A DNA stretch of 64,000 nucleotides from Methanothrix sp. (lineage in GTDB: Archaea > Halobacteriota > Methanosarcinia > Methanotrichales > Methanotrichaceae), in contig JBAXWY010000007.1 of assembly GCA_037128175.1 (NCBI GenBank), positions 1 to 64,000 of the forward strand, given 5' to 3'. Position 1 is the first letter of the stretch, and each line of letters begins with the position of its first letter. The notes under the pieces are model-generated. The model saw only the letters and a program-made list of their open reading frames with translations, was not told the origin of the DNA and searched no databases. The position numbers were made by a program, and so were the translations under genes. This document shows positions 47,616 to 58,887 of the stretch, piece by piece.

Positions 47616-49934
47616 TCATCCTCCTCTTGCTATCAGCTTGAGGGCTTTCTTCATTTCGTATTTCGCATTTTCCACCATAGAACGTCGAATCTCCATGCGG
47701 TACATTAGCACAACGAAGACCGTGAAGGTCGTGAGCAATGCGAATATTATTGCTAAAACTGTAACGGTCCCAAAATTATTGGTGATCAGGAAGGGCGAGG
47801 ATATCAGGGCCGCAAATCCAAATACTGTGGTAAGGCCGGAGGCTATGAGTGCGGAACCTATACGTCTTGATGCAATCTTGAGTGCCTCTCGGGGCTGTCC
47901 TATTATGGCCAGTTCCTCGTAGAAGCGCTCCATCATCAATATTGCGTATTCAGATCCCACGCCCAGAATGAGTGCACCCAGGCATGCCGTTAGGGGCGTG
48001 TATTTCATGTCGGCCAGGTACATAACGCCCCCCATCCAGCCGATTACCACCAGCATGGGCAGTACCGGCAGCAGCGCTTTTATCAGATCCCGGTAGATGA
48101 GCAGCAGCACGACAAAGATCAGCACCAATCCCAGCAGAGTCATCTCCGTTCTGCCCTGGGTCAGCGCGGTGATGACGGTGGTCATCACTACAGCGTCGCC
48201 CGTCTGTCGCACAGACACTCCGGGAGGCGGCTGATGCCAGGCGATGTCTTTATCGATCTCTTTTATGAGCCGGTCTGTGCCCTCTGCGCCCAGGTTGCTG
48301 AGTGCCTGGCCCACATTCAGCTTGATTAGGGCCGTGTCGTGACCATCCATTTGCAAAACTCGCATCTGGGGGGGAAGGGAATCGATCAGCCTTCGGATCT
48401 CAGTTTGATCTTGAGGTATCTCGCCGCCATTGGCCTGTTTGACCAGGGAGGCTATGCTTTCGAAGCCATATACCTGATCTCGGGAACTCTTCAGATATAT
48501 GCAAAATTCATCCATCCAGCGCAGAGTACCGGGATCGGTAATGTCATCGGCCTGAACGATGAGATCTACCGTATCCGTGCCTCCAAAGATGTCGCTCATA
48601 TGTCCGAAGTCGATGAGCGGAGGCAAGTCTTGGGGCACATAATTCTTGAAGTCGGTATCCACTTGAACTTGAGTATCTGCATAAATGCCCGCTAAAGAGA
48701 GGAATAATGCAGCAGCAAGCACCAGATGCCATCTTTGAATGCAGATATCAGATACCTTTTCAATGATGCCTCCTATGATTGTATCTTTGGGCACATTGGC
48801 GATTGCATTCGCTCCATTCGGTGCTCTCTTGCCCAATCCCATCTTCTCCATAATGTAAAGCAGAGTGATGCCCACGAAGAGAGCGGACAGATAGCAAAGA
48901 AAGAGCCCTACCAGGCATAAGAGTCCGAAATCTCTGGTCATGGGCACGGATGAGGTGAGGAGGGAGACGAATCCCATGGCGGTTATGATCAAGGCTATCA
49001 TGACCGGCATGGAGACATGGCTTACCGTTTGTATCACGGCATTTGTAGGTGAGCCGCCTTTAAGGAACTCCTCATCGATCCTGTTGTGAAATTGGATAGC
49101 ATAGTCTATGCCGATACCGATCAGCACCGGGAATGCGGACATGGATACCATGGTAAAAGGTATGTGCAAAAATCCCATAGCTCCGAAGGACCATATTATG
49201 CCCAGGAAGACGACGGGGATGGGGAGCAACGACCATTTCACATGGTTAAAGGATATCAGCAAAGCCACGATCATGAGCAGGCCGGCTAGAGCAAGAATGG
49301 GGCCGTTGCTCTTGGCCATCTCTCCGGTTATTGAATTCATAAGCGCCGGTTCGCCTGTGACGGTAACGCCCACGTCCGGCGGAAACTCGGCCATCTCCAC
49401 CTGGCCAAACGTCTCTAAGTAAATCTCGCTCAGCTGGGATTCCTTCAACGAAACCGGCAGCTCGATAGAGAGCATGGTATGCTTTCTATCCGGCATCATA
49501 GCATTTACGGCAGGAAGATTTGCCGGATAAGAGAGAATTTCATCGATCCTCTCCTGGGTGGGAATTATTCTGATACCGTTTTCGGTTTTCTCTGTATCTG
49601 CCACGATATCGGCGATGCTGGTCACGGCCAGCACATCCGGGGCTATGCGCATCTTTTGCGAGAGCTTATCCATCGCCCTCAGAATCCCAGGTTTTGTGAC
49701 ATCCTCCGCTTCGATGAGCACGGCTATGGACTGGGTGGCAAACTTCTCCACATAAAGGTGGTCGAAAAGCTGGTAAAGAGGAGAATCTTTGCCCACCATG
49801 CTCTCCGTGGTCATACCTTGCATCTCAATTTGCTGGGCATAGTGCAGGGAGGCGAGAGTTAGAAGCAGTGCGGCAGCCATGATTATGATCGGATTATCTG
49901 CGATCCATTGGCCGAGCCGTTCTGTGCTTTTCAT
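47616..49934 (-). CDS. RND/MMPL (HAE3) family transporter
   Basis: Two repeats, IGIGIDYAIQFHNR and LGVGSEYAI. Confidence 0.92.
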   Translation of the reverse strand: MKSTERLGQWIADNPIIIMAAALLLTLASLHYAQQIEMQGMTTESMVGKDSPLYQLFDHLYVEKFATQSIAVLIEAEDVTKPGILRAMDKLSQKMRIAPDVLAVTSIADIVADTEKTENGIRIIPTQERIDEILSYPANLPAVNAMMPDRKHTMLSIELPVSLKESQLSEIYLETFGQVEMAEFPPDVGVTVTGEPALMNSITGEMAKSNGPILALAGLLMIVALLISFNHVKWSLLPIPVVFLGIIWSFGAMGFLHIPFTMVSMSAFPVLIGIGIDYAIQFHNRIDEEFLKGGSPTNAVIQTVSHVSMPVMIALIITAMGFVSLLTSSVPMTRDFGLLCLVGLFLCYLSALFVGITLLYIMEKMGLGKRAPNGANAIANVPKDTIIGGIIEKVSDICIQRWHLVLAAALFLSLAGIYADTQVQVDTDFKNYVPQDLPPLIDFGHMSDIFGGTDTVDLIVQADDITDPGTLRWMDEFCIYLKSSRDQVYGFESIASLVKQANGGEIPQDQTEIRRLIDSLPPQMRVLQMDGHDTALIKLNVGQALSNLGAEGTDRLIKEIDKDIAWHQPPPGVSVRQTGDAVVMTTVITALTQGRTEMTLLGLVLIFVVLLLIYRDLIKALLPVLPMLVVIGWMGGVMYLADMKYTPLTACLGALILGVGSEYAILMMERFYEELAIIGQPREALKIASRRIGSALIASGLTTVFGFAALISSPFLITNNFGTVTVLAIIFALLTTFTVFVVLMYRMEIRRSMVENAKYEMKKALKLIARGG

Positions 49935-49954
49935 TCGCGGTCTACCTCAGTTTT

Positions 49955-49972
49955 GTTCGGAAATTACCAAAC
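49955..49972. promoter_or_regulatory. Imperfect palindrome between divergent RND and GbsR genes (candidate operator)
   Basis: GTTCGG-N6-CCAAAC. Confidence 0.3.
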
Positions 49973-50021
49973 GTTTGGAACATGCGAAAAGTACTTAAAA
50001 TTTGTGGTCTTCTGGAAATGG

Positions 50022-50552
50022 ATGGATAGAGATGAGGCGGATATCTTGAAGAGATATATGGTTGACGCCTGCGTCAAAGTGGCCAACAGCTACGGTTGCT
50101 GCGATGCGGTGGGTGTTTTACGCGGCACACTGTTTCTGGCGGACAGGCCCGTTTCCATGGATGAACTGGTGGAAGAGACCGGCTACAGCAAGTCCACAGT
50201 CAGCTCCAATATGAGCACTCTGGAACGAATGGGGTTGGCCAAGAGGGTGATTATCCCGGGTGACAAGAGATACCACTATATCCCAGTTACCGAACCTGAT
50301 TCTCTCAAGAAGGAAATGATAATCAACATGAGGCATGAGATGCAGGGAATCATAGTCGCCATGAACCGGACGGAAGTGGATCTCAGGGCCTGTGGGCATG
50401 TGTCAGAAACGGCATTGGAGAGGATTGGCAAAGCTAGAAGCTTCTATATGCAAACGGACCTGCTCTTAGATCTGATATCCCGGTACAACACCGAGGAATT
50501 GATCGTGTTGTTGCAACAAGGTTTTCAAGAGAAAAAATCGCCCATATATTGA
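50022..50552 (+). CDS. GbsR/MarR family transcription regulator
   Basis: P.SMDELVEETGYSKSTVS...PGDKRYHY. Confidence 0.88.
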   Translation: MDRDEADILKRYMVDACVKVANSYGCCDAVGVLRGTLFLADRPVSMDELVEETGYSKSTVSSNMSTLERMGLAKRVIIPGDKRYHYIPVTEPDSLKKEMIINMRHEMQGIIVAMNRTEVDLRACGHVSETALERIGKARSFYMQTDLLLDLISRYNTEELIVLLQQGFQEKKSPIY

Positions 50553-50600
50553 TTAAGAGTAACGATGTCTATCTGTTAGAAGCGCAGGCAGTGATAACCG

Positions 50601-53600
50601 TTGGGCGAAGAGAAGCTTGCAAGCAGCGATCCAGAAACGAAGATCGAGCAGATGCTGCGGAAAATAGCAGATATGCAGGAGAGTGGCGGCAATGCGGGGC
50701 AAATGCCGGTGTTGCTTAAAGGCCTAAAGGATAACCTCGAAGATCTTTTGGCCTGCTTGCCGATGACAAAAGCGGTAGAGGCAGTTCCCACGGCCGTTGT
50801 ACTTACCGATATATTCGGAAATATTGAGTATGTAAACGCCAGCCTTTTGAAAATTTCCGGTTTTCGTGACATATCTGAGGCTAAAGGCCGGTCAGTATTC
50901 GATTTTACGAATGCTGAGGGTAAAGCCAAGCTGCAAGAAGAGGTTATACCCGCTCTTCATTCCATTGGGCAGTGGCAGGGGGAGCTTTTTTTAAAGAGGT
51001 CGGATGGCCAATCCTACATGGCGGAGATGATGTGTGCGCTGGTCAAAGACGACTCTGGCAAACCCATCTATCTATTGGCCAACTTTTACAACATCACCGA
51101 CAGAAAGCGCGCGGAAGAAGCACTGCTTCTGGACGATTCCCGGCTGGAGGCTCTGCAAAGGTTAAACCAGATGGATGAGGCCTCCATTAAAGAGATCGCA
51201 GACTTCGCTCTGGAGGCTGGGGTCAAACTAACCGGCTCTAAGCTCGGCTACCTGGCTTTCGTTGACGACGAAGAAAAGACGCTCTTTATGCACTCCTGGT
51301 CCAAGAAGGCCATGCAGACGTGCGACATTGAACATAAAAGAGTCGTCTATCATCTGCAGGAAACGGGTCTTTGGGGTGAGGCTATTCGGCAGAGAAAAGC
51401 GGTGATAACCAATGATTATGCTTCCTGCTCCCAGAGAAGAGGCACCCCCGCAGGTCACGTCAATGTTGTCCGCCACATGAATGTGCCCATCATGGACAAA
51501 GGCAAAATTGTCATTGTGGCGGGTCTTGGCAACAAGGAGGAGGAGTACGATGACTCCGATGTGCGCCAGCTCACGCTGCTTATGAGCGGAATGTGGAAGA
51601 TCATCCAACGACGAAGTGCAGAGGAGACGCTGCACAGACGCGATTTATTGCTGCAAGGGGCGGCCAAGGCCACTAACTACCTTCTCACATCCGATCTCCA
51701 GGCCGTAAAGAGGGCTTTAGGCATTCTAGGTGAGGTGGAAGATGTGGATCGGGTTCATATTCTGGAGAACCGGGAATTGCAGAGCGAAGTGCGTCTGGAA
51801 TGTCTTCCTATGCAATGGTTTCGAGAGCCTGCAACGCAATTTTCCGGGGATTTGTCCTGGGTGGTGCATTTTCCAGACTGGCAGGATATGCTCTCTCGCA
51901 GCAATCCCATCCAGGGCATAACTTCAGAGCTCAGGGTTCCTGGTGCAACGGTGCTGGTGGAGTTAGATGTTCGCTCTTTTCTGCTCCTGCCCGTCTTCAT
52001 CGAGGGTCGGTTTTTTGCGGTTATATGTTTTGAAGACTGTCATAATGAGCGGCGATGGATCGACAGCGAGATCGCTGTACTTCAGGCTGCGGCGGGTAGC
52101 ATCGGCGAAGCCATTTTGCGCAGAAGGACGGAAGAGGCCCTGAAAAAGACGCAGGAAGGGCTGGAAAAGAGGGTATCGGAGAGGACGGCCTGGCTCCTCC
52201 GGGCAAATGCGGCATTGCAAGAGGAGACGGTCTTGCATAACGAAACGGAAATAGAGCTTCGTTCTGCGCAGCAGGCGGCAGATACGGCTTGCCGGGCGAA
52301 GAGCGAGTTTTTGGCCAATATGAGCCACGAGATACGTACTCCCATGAATGCGGTTATTGGCCTCGCCGGGCTCTTGCTGGAAACCCGCCTCACAGAAGAG
52401 CAGCGCGATTTCGTAGAGACCATTCACAGCAGTGGTGATGCGTTGCTTGCCATCATCAATGATATCCTGGATTTTTCCAAGATAGATGAAGGCAAGATGA
52501 AGCTGGAGCATTTGCCCTTCATTTTACGCGACAGCATCGAGTCCTCGCTGGATATGGTGGCGACAAAGGCAGCGGAGAAAGGACTGGATCTTACTTATGA
52601 TATTGACGAGAGGATCGCCCCAACTATTCTAGGGGACTCGGTTCGGCTGCGCCAGGTGCTGGCCAACCTGCTCAGCAATGCGGTAAAATTTACGGAAAAA
52701 GGCAGCATAGCCATTCATGTCAAGCCTGGTGAAAATGCGGATGAAATCCACTTTTCGGTTTTCGATACGGGAATAGGCATCAGTCCTCTGGACATGAAAA
52801 AGCTCTTCTTATCCTTTAGCCAGGTCGATGCTTCTACTTCCAGAAAATATGGTGGTACTGGCCTGGGTCTGGCCATAAGCAAGAGGCTGGTAGAACTGAT
52901 GGGCGGCAAGATCTGGGTGCAAAGCAAGCTACGCGAGGGCTCAACCTTCCACTTCCTGATTTTTGCCCAGCCATTTTCCGGAGAGGCTGTAAAGGTGCAT
53001 CTGGCCGGTAAGAAGATAATGGCTCTGCTCAGCAGCGAAGGCTGCTTGAAGGGACTGTTGGATTATGCCCGCTCCTGGGGGATGCAGATACATCCTGTGG
53101 TCTCGGCCTTTGAGGCACGGGAAATGGTAGAGAGTCGTTTTGATGCCGCAATTTTGGATCTGGATGTTCCGGGGGCAGAAGAGCTGGCCGAGGAGATAGA
53201 AGAGCGTCTTCCTACCATCACCTTCGCAACGCATGGACAACATCGCATAGGCAAAAAAACTCTAATCAAGCCCCTTTCACAGGCCAGCATTCTATTTGCT
53301 CTGCAGGAGGCTTTAATGCCCCCCTGTCATAAGAAGGTGCGCACCTACTGCAGTGCGATGAAACACCCGGATCTGGACATATTGCTGGCGGAAGATAACC
53401 TTGTCAACCAGAAGGTTGCGCGTCTTATGCTAAAGAAGCTAGGCTACAGAGCCGATGTGGTCTCCAATGGCCGGGAGGTCTTACAGGCTATTTTAAAAAA
53501 GAGCTATGATGTGATTCTCATGGACGTGCAGATGCCGGAGATGGACGGCCTGGAGGCTACCCATGCCATTTTGGATCTTAATTTAAAAAAGAGGCCGAAG

Positions 53601-53759
53601 ATTCTGGCCATGACCGCTTATGCGTTAGAAGGGGACAAAGAGAGATGTTTGTTTGCCGGCATGGACGGTTACATTTCCAAGCCGGTGCAGCTTGAGGAGC
53701 TGAAGTGCGCACTCTATGGCCTGAAAAATATCCCTCTCGGTGCGGATAATACCGGCTAA
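50601..53759 (+). CDS. Hybrid sensor histidine kinase (PAS-GAF-GAF-HisKA-HATPase-REC)
   Basis: FLANMSHEIRTPMN, NLLSNAVKFT, GGTGLGL, AEDN..LMDVQMPEMDG. Confidence 0.95.
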   Translation: MGEEKLASSDPETKIEQMLRKIADMQESGGNAGQMPVLLKGLKDNLEDLLACLPMTKAVEAVPTAVVLTDIFGNIEYVNASLLKISGFRDISEAKGRSVFDFTNAEGKAKLQEEVIPALHSIGQWQGELFLKRSDGQSYMAEMMCALVKDDSGKPIYLLANFYNITDRKRAEEALLLDDSRLEALQRLNQMDEASIKEIADFALEAGVKLTGSKLGYLAFVDDEEKTLFMHSWSKKAMQTCDIEHKRVVYHLQETGLWGEAIRQRKAVITNDYASCSQRRGTPAGHVNVVRHMNVPIMDKGKIVIVAGLGNKEEEYDDSDVRQLTLLMSGMWKIIQRRSAEETLHRRDLLLQGAAKATNYLLTSDLQAVKRALGILGEVEDVDRVHILENRELQSEVRLECLPMQWFREPATQFSGDLSWVVHFPDWQDMLSRSNPIQGITSELRVPGATVLVELDVRSFLLLPVFIEGRFFAVICFEDCHNERRWIDSEIAVLQAAAGSIGEAILRRRTEEALKKTQEGLEKRVSERTAWLLRANAALQEETVLHNETEIELRSAQQAADTACRAKSEFLANMSHEIRTPMNAVIGLAGLLLETRLTEEQRDFVETIHSSGDALLAIINDILDFSKIDEGKMKLEHLPFILRDSIESSLDMVATKAAEKGLDLTYDIDERIAPTILGDSVRLRQVLANLLSNAVKFTEKGSIAIHVKPGENADEIHFSVFDTGIGISPLDMKKLFLSFSQVDASTSRKYGGTGLGLAISKRLVELMGGKIWVQSKLREGSTFHFLIFAQPFSGEAVKVHLAGKKIMALLSSEGCLKGLLDYARSWGMQIHPVVSAFEAREMVESRFDAAILDLDVPGAEELAEEIEERLPTITFATHGQHRIGKKTLIKPLSQASILFALQEALMPPCHKKVRTYCSAMKHPDLDILLAEDNLVNQKVARLMLKKLGYRADVVSNGREVLQAILKKSYDVILMDVQMPEMDGLEATHAILDLNLKKRPKILAMTAYALEGDKERCLFAGMDGYISKPVQLEELKCALYGLKNIPLGADNTG

Positions 53760-54796
53760 GACTGCTTAATAATCACATCCTCTAAAGGTCGCCGGGGGCT
53801 GGGACGCATGGGCTTTGCATTCCCCAGGCTGAAGATTAGCTGGGGGTAGCCTCGGTTGAGCAGCATCTTCAGCTCCTCTCGCAAGTTTGCAAGGCCTATG
53901 GGCTGGCTGAAGAAGGATGCTCTTAGATCGTAAAAGGTGGCCCGGAGCAGCAGATTTTCCAGGGCGAAGCCGCACATGGTCCAGGTCTGCTTATCATCTT
54001 GGTCGGTGGTAAGCACGGCAAGGGTGGAGCAGTCGTGGATGAGGCCGGAGTCCCGGTAGATGACCGGCCTGGAGAGGTCGAACTCCTTGAAGGCGGCGGG
54101 AAATCCCAAAGATACGACATCCGGTACTCCGAAGGTATAAAGGGGCATGCCGTCCGGCTCGGTCGTCTTGTTACTGCGCAGCCAATCCCCCAGATCATGG
54201 CGAAATTCCTTTTTGGCCAGTTGAATTTTATGGCTGCGGGAGACCAGATCTGCCATTTTCGCCTTGGCATCCTTATCGGGCAGGTAGCTGAGATAAAGGC
54301 CGGAAAGATTTATGTTCCTCTCAATCTCCTCTAAAATGAACGGTTCGATTTCTCCATTTTCATATCTGTCTTTGGTGGTGTGCCTTCTTTGTATCTGGGG
54401 GAAGAGATCATCTTGCCCATGCACTGGCCTTCTGCCAGAGGGCAAAAGCTGCACCTCGGCCACCAGATCGCTCTCTTGCCCGTCTGGGAAGTAGCTTACC
54501 TTCGGAGCAAAGCCGAAATGTGCTCCGGCGACGGTCAGGTTGGCGATGGCACAGCCCACGCTCATGTAGAGGGTGCGGTTGCTGGGATCGACAAAAGGCA
54601 AGGCCCGGCTTAAATCGGCGAAGACGGAAATGCTCTGGTCATGGATGGCGTACTTCCATGGTTGGGTGTTGGGGCCGGAGGGGGCCAAAATTGCATAGCG
54701 CAAAAGGAACTTTAGCCTCCCCTCCATTGGGCCGTCAACGGGGTAGTCGGCCTCCGATACATCCCATGCCTCATAGTTTTTAGCAGTCAATTGCAA
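53756..54796 (-). CDS. Acg-family FMN-binding nitroreductase-like protein
   Basis: LAPSGPNTQPW, RRHT, SPRRP. Confidence 0.88.
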   Translation of the reverse strand: MQLTAKNYEAWDVSEADYPVDGPMEGRLKFLLRYAILAPSGPNTQPWKYAIHDQSISVFADLSRALPFVDPSNRTLYMSVGCAIANLTVAGAHFGFAPKVSYFPDGQESDLVAEVQLLPSGRRPVHGQDDLFPQIQRRHTTKDRYENGEIEPFILEEIERNINLSGLYLSYLPDKDAKAKMADLVSRSHKIQLAKKEFRHDLGDWLRSNKTTEPDGMPLYTFGVPDVVSLGFPAAFKEFDLSRPVIYRDSGLIHDCSTLAVLTTDQDDKQTWTMCGFALENLLLRATFYDLRASFFSQPIGLANLREELKMLLNRGYPQLIFSLGNAKPMRPSPRRPLEDVIIKQS

Positions 54797-54908
54797 TTCC
54801 TCTCCAGAAAGATTCTACGCCATTATTGGCATATAGCTTTTCTCCAAGCATCAAATTCTTTTATCTGCAACGGAAATTCCATTTCAGTAATTTGGAGGTG
54901 GGAAAGAA

Positions 54909-56015
54909 TTGAAAAGCACTGTTTATTTTGCCGGGGTCAGGGCGAGAAGCTTTCAAGATAACAAGCAAAACAGGATCATGGGGCTCTTTGATGCCGCGGG
55001 TTTGGATGAAGTGGTACAAAAAGGCGACCTCACCGCCATCAAGATCCACTTCGGGGAAAAGGGAAACGATTCTTATGTAAATCCCGTTCTGGTCCGGCCC
55101 ATTGCAGAAAAGATCCGGGCTCTTGGCGCAAAACCATTTCTTACCGATACCAATACTCTTTACGGAGGAAGCCGGGCCAATGCCGTCGATCATCTGCAAA
55201 CGGCCGCTGAGCACGGCTTTGGCCAGTCCGTGGCCGGAGCGCCGGCCATCATTGCCGACGGCCTGCAAGGCGACAATTTCCGGGAGGTTTCCATCGACCG
55301 GAAGCATTTTCGCATTGTCAAGATCGCAGCAGAGATCGCCTCTGCCAATAGCATGATCGTAGTATCTCATTTCAAGGCCCACCTTCCGGCTGGCTTTGGG
55401 GGCGCTATAAAGAATCTGGGCATGGGCTCTGCTCCCGCTTTGGGCAAGGCGGAGCAACACTCTGCCAAGCCCATATTCAACGCAGAGCTATGCAGCGGCT
55501 GCCGCTCCTGCATGGACGGCTGCCCACAGCGGGCCATCACTGTGGGAAAAAGGATCTCTGCAGTCGATTACCATCTATGCACAGGCTGCGGCAAGTGCCT
55601 TCGCGTTTGCCAGACTCACGCCCTGGACTTCGACTGGTTTGTAGAGGTGCCGCCCTTCATGGAAAGGATGACGGAGTATGCCTATGGTGCGATAAAGGGA
55701 AAGGAAAACCGGGTAGGGTTCTTCAACTTCCTGCTCAATGTCACCCCGGACTGCGACTGCGTGCCCTGGAGCGATGCATCCTTCGTGCCGGACATCGGCA
55801 TCCTGGCCTCGAAGGACCCGGTGGCCATAGATCAGGCCAGCTACGATCTGGTGAACAGGCAGATGGGCCTGGCAAACACGCTTTTGCAAAAGAATCATGC
55901 TCCGGGAAAGGACAAGTTCCTGGGCGTATGGGAGAGCACTCTTGGAAATATCCAGTTGGACTACGGGGAAAAGATTGGTCTCGGAAATAAAGAGTACCGT
56001 CTGATTGAGATCTGA
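54909..56015 (+). CDS. DUF362 domain Fe-S protein with 2x[4Fe-4S] insert
   Basis: KIHFGE, SHFKAH..GFGGAIKN, CSGCRSC..CP, CTGCGKC, CDC, DPVAIDQA. Confidence 0.9.
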   Translation: MKSTVYFAGVRARSFQDNKQNRIMGLFDAAGLDEVVQKGDLTAIKIHFGEKGNDSYVNPVLVRPIAEKIRALGAKPFLTDTNTLYGGSRANAVDHLQTAAEHGFGQSVAGAPAIIADGLQGDNFREVSIDRKHFRIVKIAAEIASANSMIVVSHFKAHLPAGFGGAIKNLGMGSAPALGKAEQHSAKPIFNAELCSGCRSCMDGCPQRAITVGKRISAVDYHLCTGCGKCLRVCQTHALDFDWFVEVPPFMERMTEYAYGAIKGKENRVGFFNFLLNVTPDCDCVPWSDASFVPDIGILASKDPVAIDQASYDLVNRQMGLANTLLQKNHAPGKDKFLGVWESTLGNIQLDYGEKIGLGNKEYRLIEI

Positions 56016-56054
56016 ATACTTTACGTAAAATAAATAGTGGGGAGGGAAGTAATC

Positions 56055-56627
56055 ATGAAAGTTGTGGCATTTAACGGCAGCCCTCGCAAGGATGGCAATA
56101 CCGCCACCCTCCTTTGCGTTGTTCTGAAAGAGCTGGAGGGCCAAGGCATAGAGACGGAGCTGGTTCATTTGAAAGGGGCCCTTTCTGGCTGCATTGCCTG
56201 TTTCAAGTGTTTTGAGAAGAAGAACGGCAAGTGCGCTCTGGATAAGGATATGGTGAACGGATGCATCGAGAAAATGGTTGGGGCGGACGGTATCATTCTG
56301 GGCTCGCCCACCTATTTCGCCGATCTTACGTCCGAGCTCAAAGCCCTCATCGATCGGTCCGGATTTGTGGGAAAGGCCAACGGGGATATGTTCAAGCGCA
56401 AGGTGGGGGCGGCAGTGGTTGCCGTGCGCCGGGCGGGCGCCATTCACGTCTTCGACTCCATAAATCACTTCTTCCTCATCAACCAGATGATAATAGCCGG
56501 CTCAAGCTACTGGAATATCGGCATGGGTCTGCACGAAAAGGATGTGGAAAAGGATGCGGAGGGTCTACAGATCATGAGAACTCTGGGGCAGAACATGGGC
56601 TGGCTTATGAAGAAGATCAAAGAGTAG
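56055..56627 (+). CDS. isf: Iron-sulfur flavoprotein (flavodoxin family)
   Basis: GSPRKDGNT, CIACFKC-x6-C, GSPTYF. Confidence 0.88.
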   Translation: MKVVAFNGSPRKDGNTATLLCVVLKELEGQGIETELVHLKGALSGCIACFKCFEKKNGKCALDKDMVNGCIEKMVGADGIILGSPTYFADLTSELKALIDRSGFVGKANGDMFKRKVGAAVVAVRRAGAIHVFDSINHFFLINQMIIAGSSYWNIGMGLHEKDVEKDAEGLQIMRTLGQNMGWLMKKIKE

Positions 56628-56748
56628 AGGGATTAATGGGCGAAGCGTGGCAAGACCGGCAAAAATTGGGTGCGAACCCAGGAAATTGTGCGGGATTTGC
56701 CCAGTCGGCTCGCAAAGCCTTAAGATCCTCTGGATTTATTGAGAATGC

Positions 56749-57159
56749 ATGCCCCTGGATTATCTGACATTGGTTGCATCAAACCTCATCCTGCAATTGA
56801 TCCTAGCTGCGGCCTTGGGCTTTGCCGTCTTCCTGGCCAAAAAGAAGAATTTTCAGAAGCATTGCCTCGTCCTCCGCCTGGCGGTCACGGCCCAGATTCT
56901 GGCCGTCCTGGTGCTGATGTCTCCTGCCATGGCCCTGATCCTGGTGCCGGGCCGGCCCAACGGTCTCTTTCAGGCCGAGGTCTTGCTGCATCACGGTCTG
57001 GGCCTGGCAGTGGTACTGCTCTGGATCTACATCAATCTGGTTTATCTGGGGCGTTTGAAGGCCCGGCTTGCTCTCAGGCGGGCCATGCAGGTGGCGGCTG
57101 GCCTTTGGGTGGCGTCCTTTGTCTTGGGATTTCACATCTATCTAAAACTGTATTATTGA
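56749..57159 (+). CDS. 4-TM membrane protein (DUF420-like)
   Basis: Four hydrophobic helices with His residues. Confidence 0.7.
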   Translation: MPLDYLTLVASNLILQLILAAALGFAVFLAKKKNFQKHCLVLRLAVTAQILAVLVLMSPAMALILVPGRPNGLFQAEVLLHHGLGLAVVLLWIYINLVYLGRLKARLALRRAMQVAAGLWVASFVLGFHIYLKLYY

Positions 57160-57253
57160 GCGATTGCTCGGATGGTATCATATCATCAATCATGTACTGA
57201 GGGGGGACTTAAGGACTGGTCAAAAAACGCTCGCTTCTCCCCGTCGCATCGCC

Positions 57254-57571
57254 CTACTCCAGCCACTCGTAGCCGGGATATTTGATCTTATTGAAATTGC
57301 GGATTAAGTCTGCTGCATCCTTTCGGCTGAAGTTTGCTTCCATCATCCGGGCGCAGACAAAGCGCAGGGCAATTTTCTGCGTTTTGACCTCTGGGCTGTC
57401 ATCTGGTTTAGAGGCCAGACCATAGGTCTCGAAGAGATGCTCCTTCTCGTTGATATGAGTGCTTTTGCCCCATTTTCCGAACATCTCTGCGGCGTGATCC
57501 AGAAGATGCTGATCAAACGTCTCGGGAAGCACGATGCCTTCGAACTGCTGCAAGAATTCATCTTTTCTCAA
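57254..57571 (-). CDS. Hypothetical protein
   Basis: 105-aa ORF with GGGGGT SD. Confidence 0.7.
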   Translation of the reverse strand: MRKDEFLQQFEGIVLPETFDQHLLDHAAEMFGKWGKSTHINEKEHLFETYGLASKPDDSPEVKTQKIALRFVCARMMEANFSRKDAADLIRNFNKIKYPGYEWLE

Positions 57572-57693
57572 AATGATCGACCCCCTTCATTAAACCATCC
57601 AAAGGGATTTATCTCTTTCCGGTAAATAGTGAATGAAAATAATTGTAGTGGAAATAATCGAAGTCAAAAAATATTAAAAAATAAAAAAATAAA

Positions 57694-58803
57694 TTAAATA
57701 TATACAGCAGTTCCCGCTTCCACGTTAATTATCTTTAGGACCCCTCTTTGGAAATACATGCTCTTTGGGTAATTGAATTGACCATCGAATACCCTTACGT
57801 TGTGGTTTTGGTTGCCTATCACATTGAAGCTGAATTTCCCATCCGGAGCATCGCCGCCGGTTCCTTCCGTGCCGATTAAGACTTCATCCAGAAAGACCTG
57901 ATAGCCCCTCATTCCCTGGGACTGAATGGTAACTGGAGTGTCTCCTGCCAAGCCTCCCGTTTGTGGTGGATACGACGTGCCATATGTCTGGTAAGAGGTC
58001 GTTGCACTGGTGGTGCTCTGGCCCAGGCCGCTCGTAGTGGTTTGACTGTAGCCTGCATTGGGTTGATTGTAGGCAGGCGGCATATTGCTGGAAGGCGGCA
58101 TTTGGCCTGCTGCCGGGACCAGGGATACCGGTGGTGCCTGGCTGATAACATCTACAATGATGGAGTTGCTGGGCTGGTTATTGAGCACGAAGTTCAGAAT
58201 GTGCCTGCCAACTTTATCCGCCATGAAGTTCAGGCTGTTGTAGCCGGAGTAGAAATTGACGCGCTTGCTGGTTATATTCAGAGCATCTGTCTGTTGGATC
58301 TCATAGTAATCGGCCTGTCCGCCTGCCGGAGCAAAGGCGATGAACTGCATGCCTGTTCCCGCAGGGACTATGGCATACGCTGACCAATCACGACCCTTCT
58401 GAATCCACAGTTCATTGCCTCTTGCGTTGGCCACGGTCGATTGGTACTGGGTATAGGTGACATCCCGACCGCTGCCGAAGTAGATCCTGGAGGGCATCTT
58501 ATGCGTGACATCGAATTTCACCGGGGTAAATCCGATCACGGGCACGCTGGTATTGATGTAGAACTCGGAGAGGAAGGAAGAAGCACTGCTGGTGTTCTCG
58601 AACTGTGGGCCAAACCACGGGCTGCTCAATTCCGTGCCCGTGCCGCCGATGCCGAACAGGCTGTTGACGTAGTCTTCGCTAAAAGCCCCCCCGGTCATGT
58701 CAATAGATTGCAGCATGGAAAAGCCCTGCGTTCCTACCGCACCTGCGGCTCCGGCACCCAAGATCAGGGCCAGAATACATAAGCATAAGCAATTAAATCT
58801 CAA
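57694..58803 (-). CDS. Secreted hypothetical protein with P/Q/S/T-rich linker
   Basis: Signal peptide, beta domains. Confidence 0.8.
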   Translation of the reverse strand: MRFNCLCLCILALILGAGAAGAVGTQGFSMLQSIDMTGGAFSEDYVNSLFGIGGTGTELSSPWFGPQFENTSSASSFLSEFYINTSVPVIGFTPVKFDVTHKMPSRIYFGSGRDVTYTQYQSTVANARGNELWIQKGRDWSAYAIVPAGTGMQFIAFAPAGGQADYYEIQQTDALNITSKRVNFYSGYNSLNFMADKVGRHILNFVLNNQPSNSIIVDVISQAPPVSLVPAAGQMPPSSNMPPAYNQPNAGYSQTTTSGLGQSTTSATTSYQTYGTSYPPQTGGLAGDTPVTIQSQGMRGYQVFLDEVLIGTEGTGGDAPDGKFSFNVIGNQNHNVRVFDGQFNYPKSMYFQRGVLKIINVEAGTAVYI

Positions 58804-58887
58804 TTATTACACCTCATTGGCTGCTACTCTGGCAATGTAATATTTAGCTTTAAGTCTCTCCTGAGCCTCATCTGAACATCATGGAAA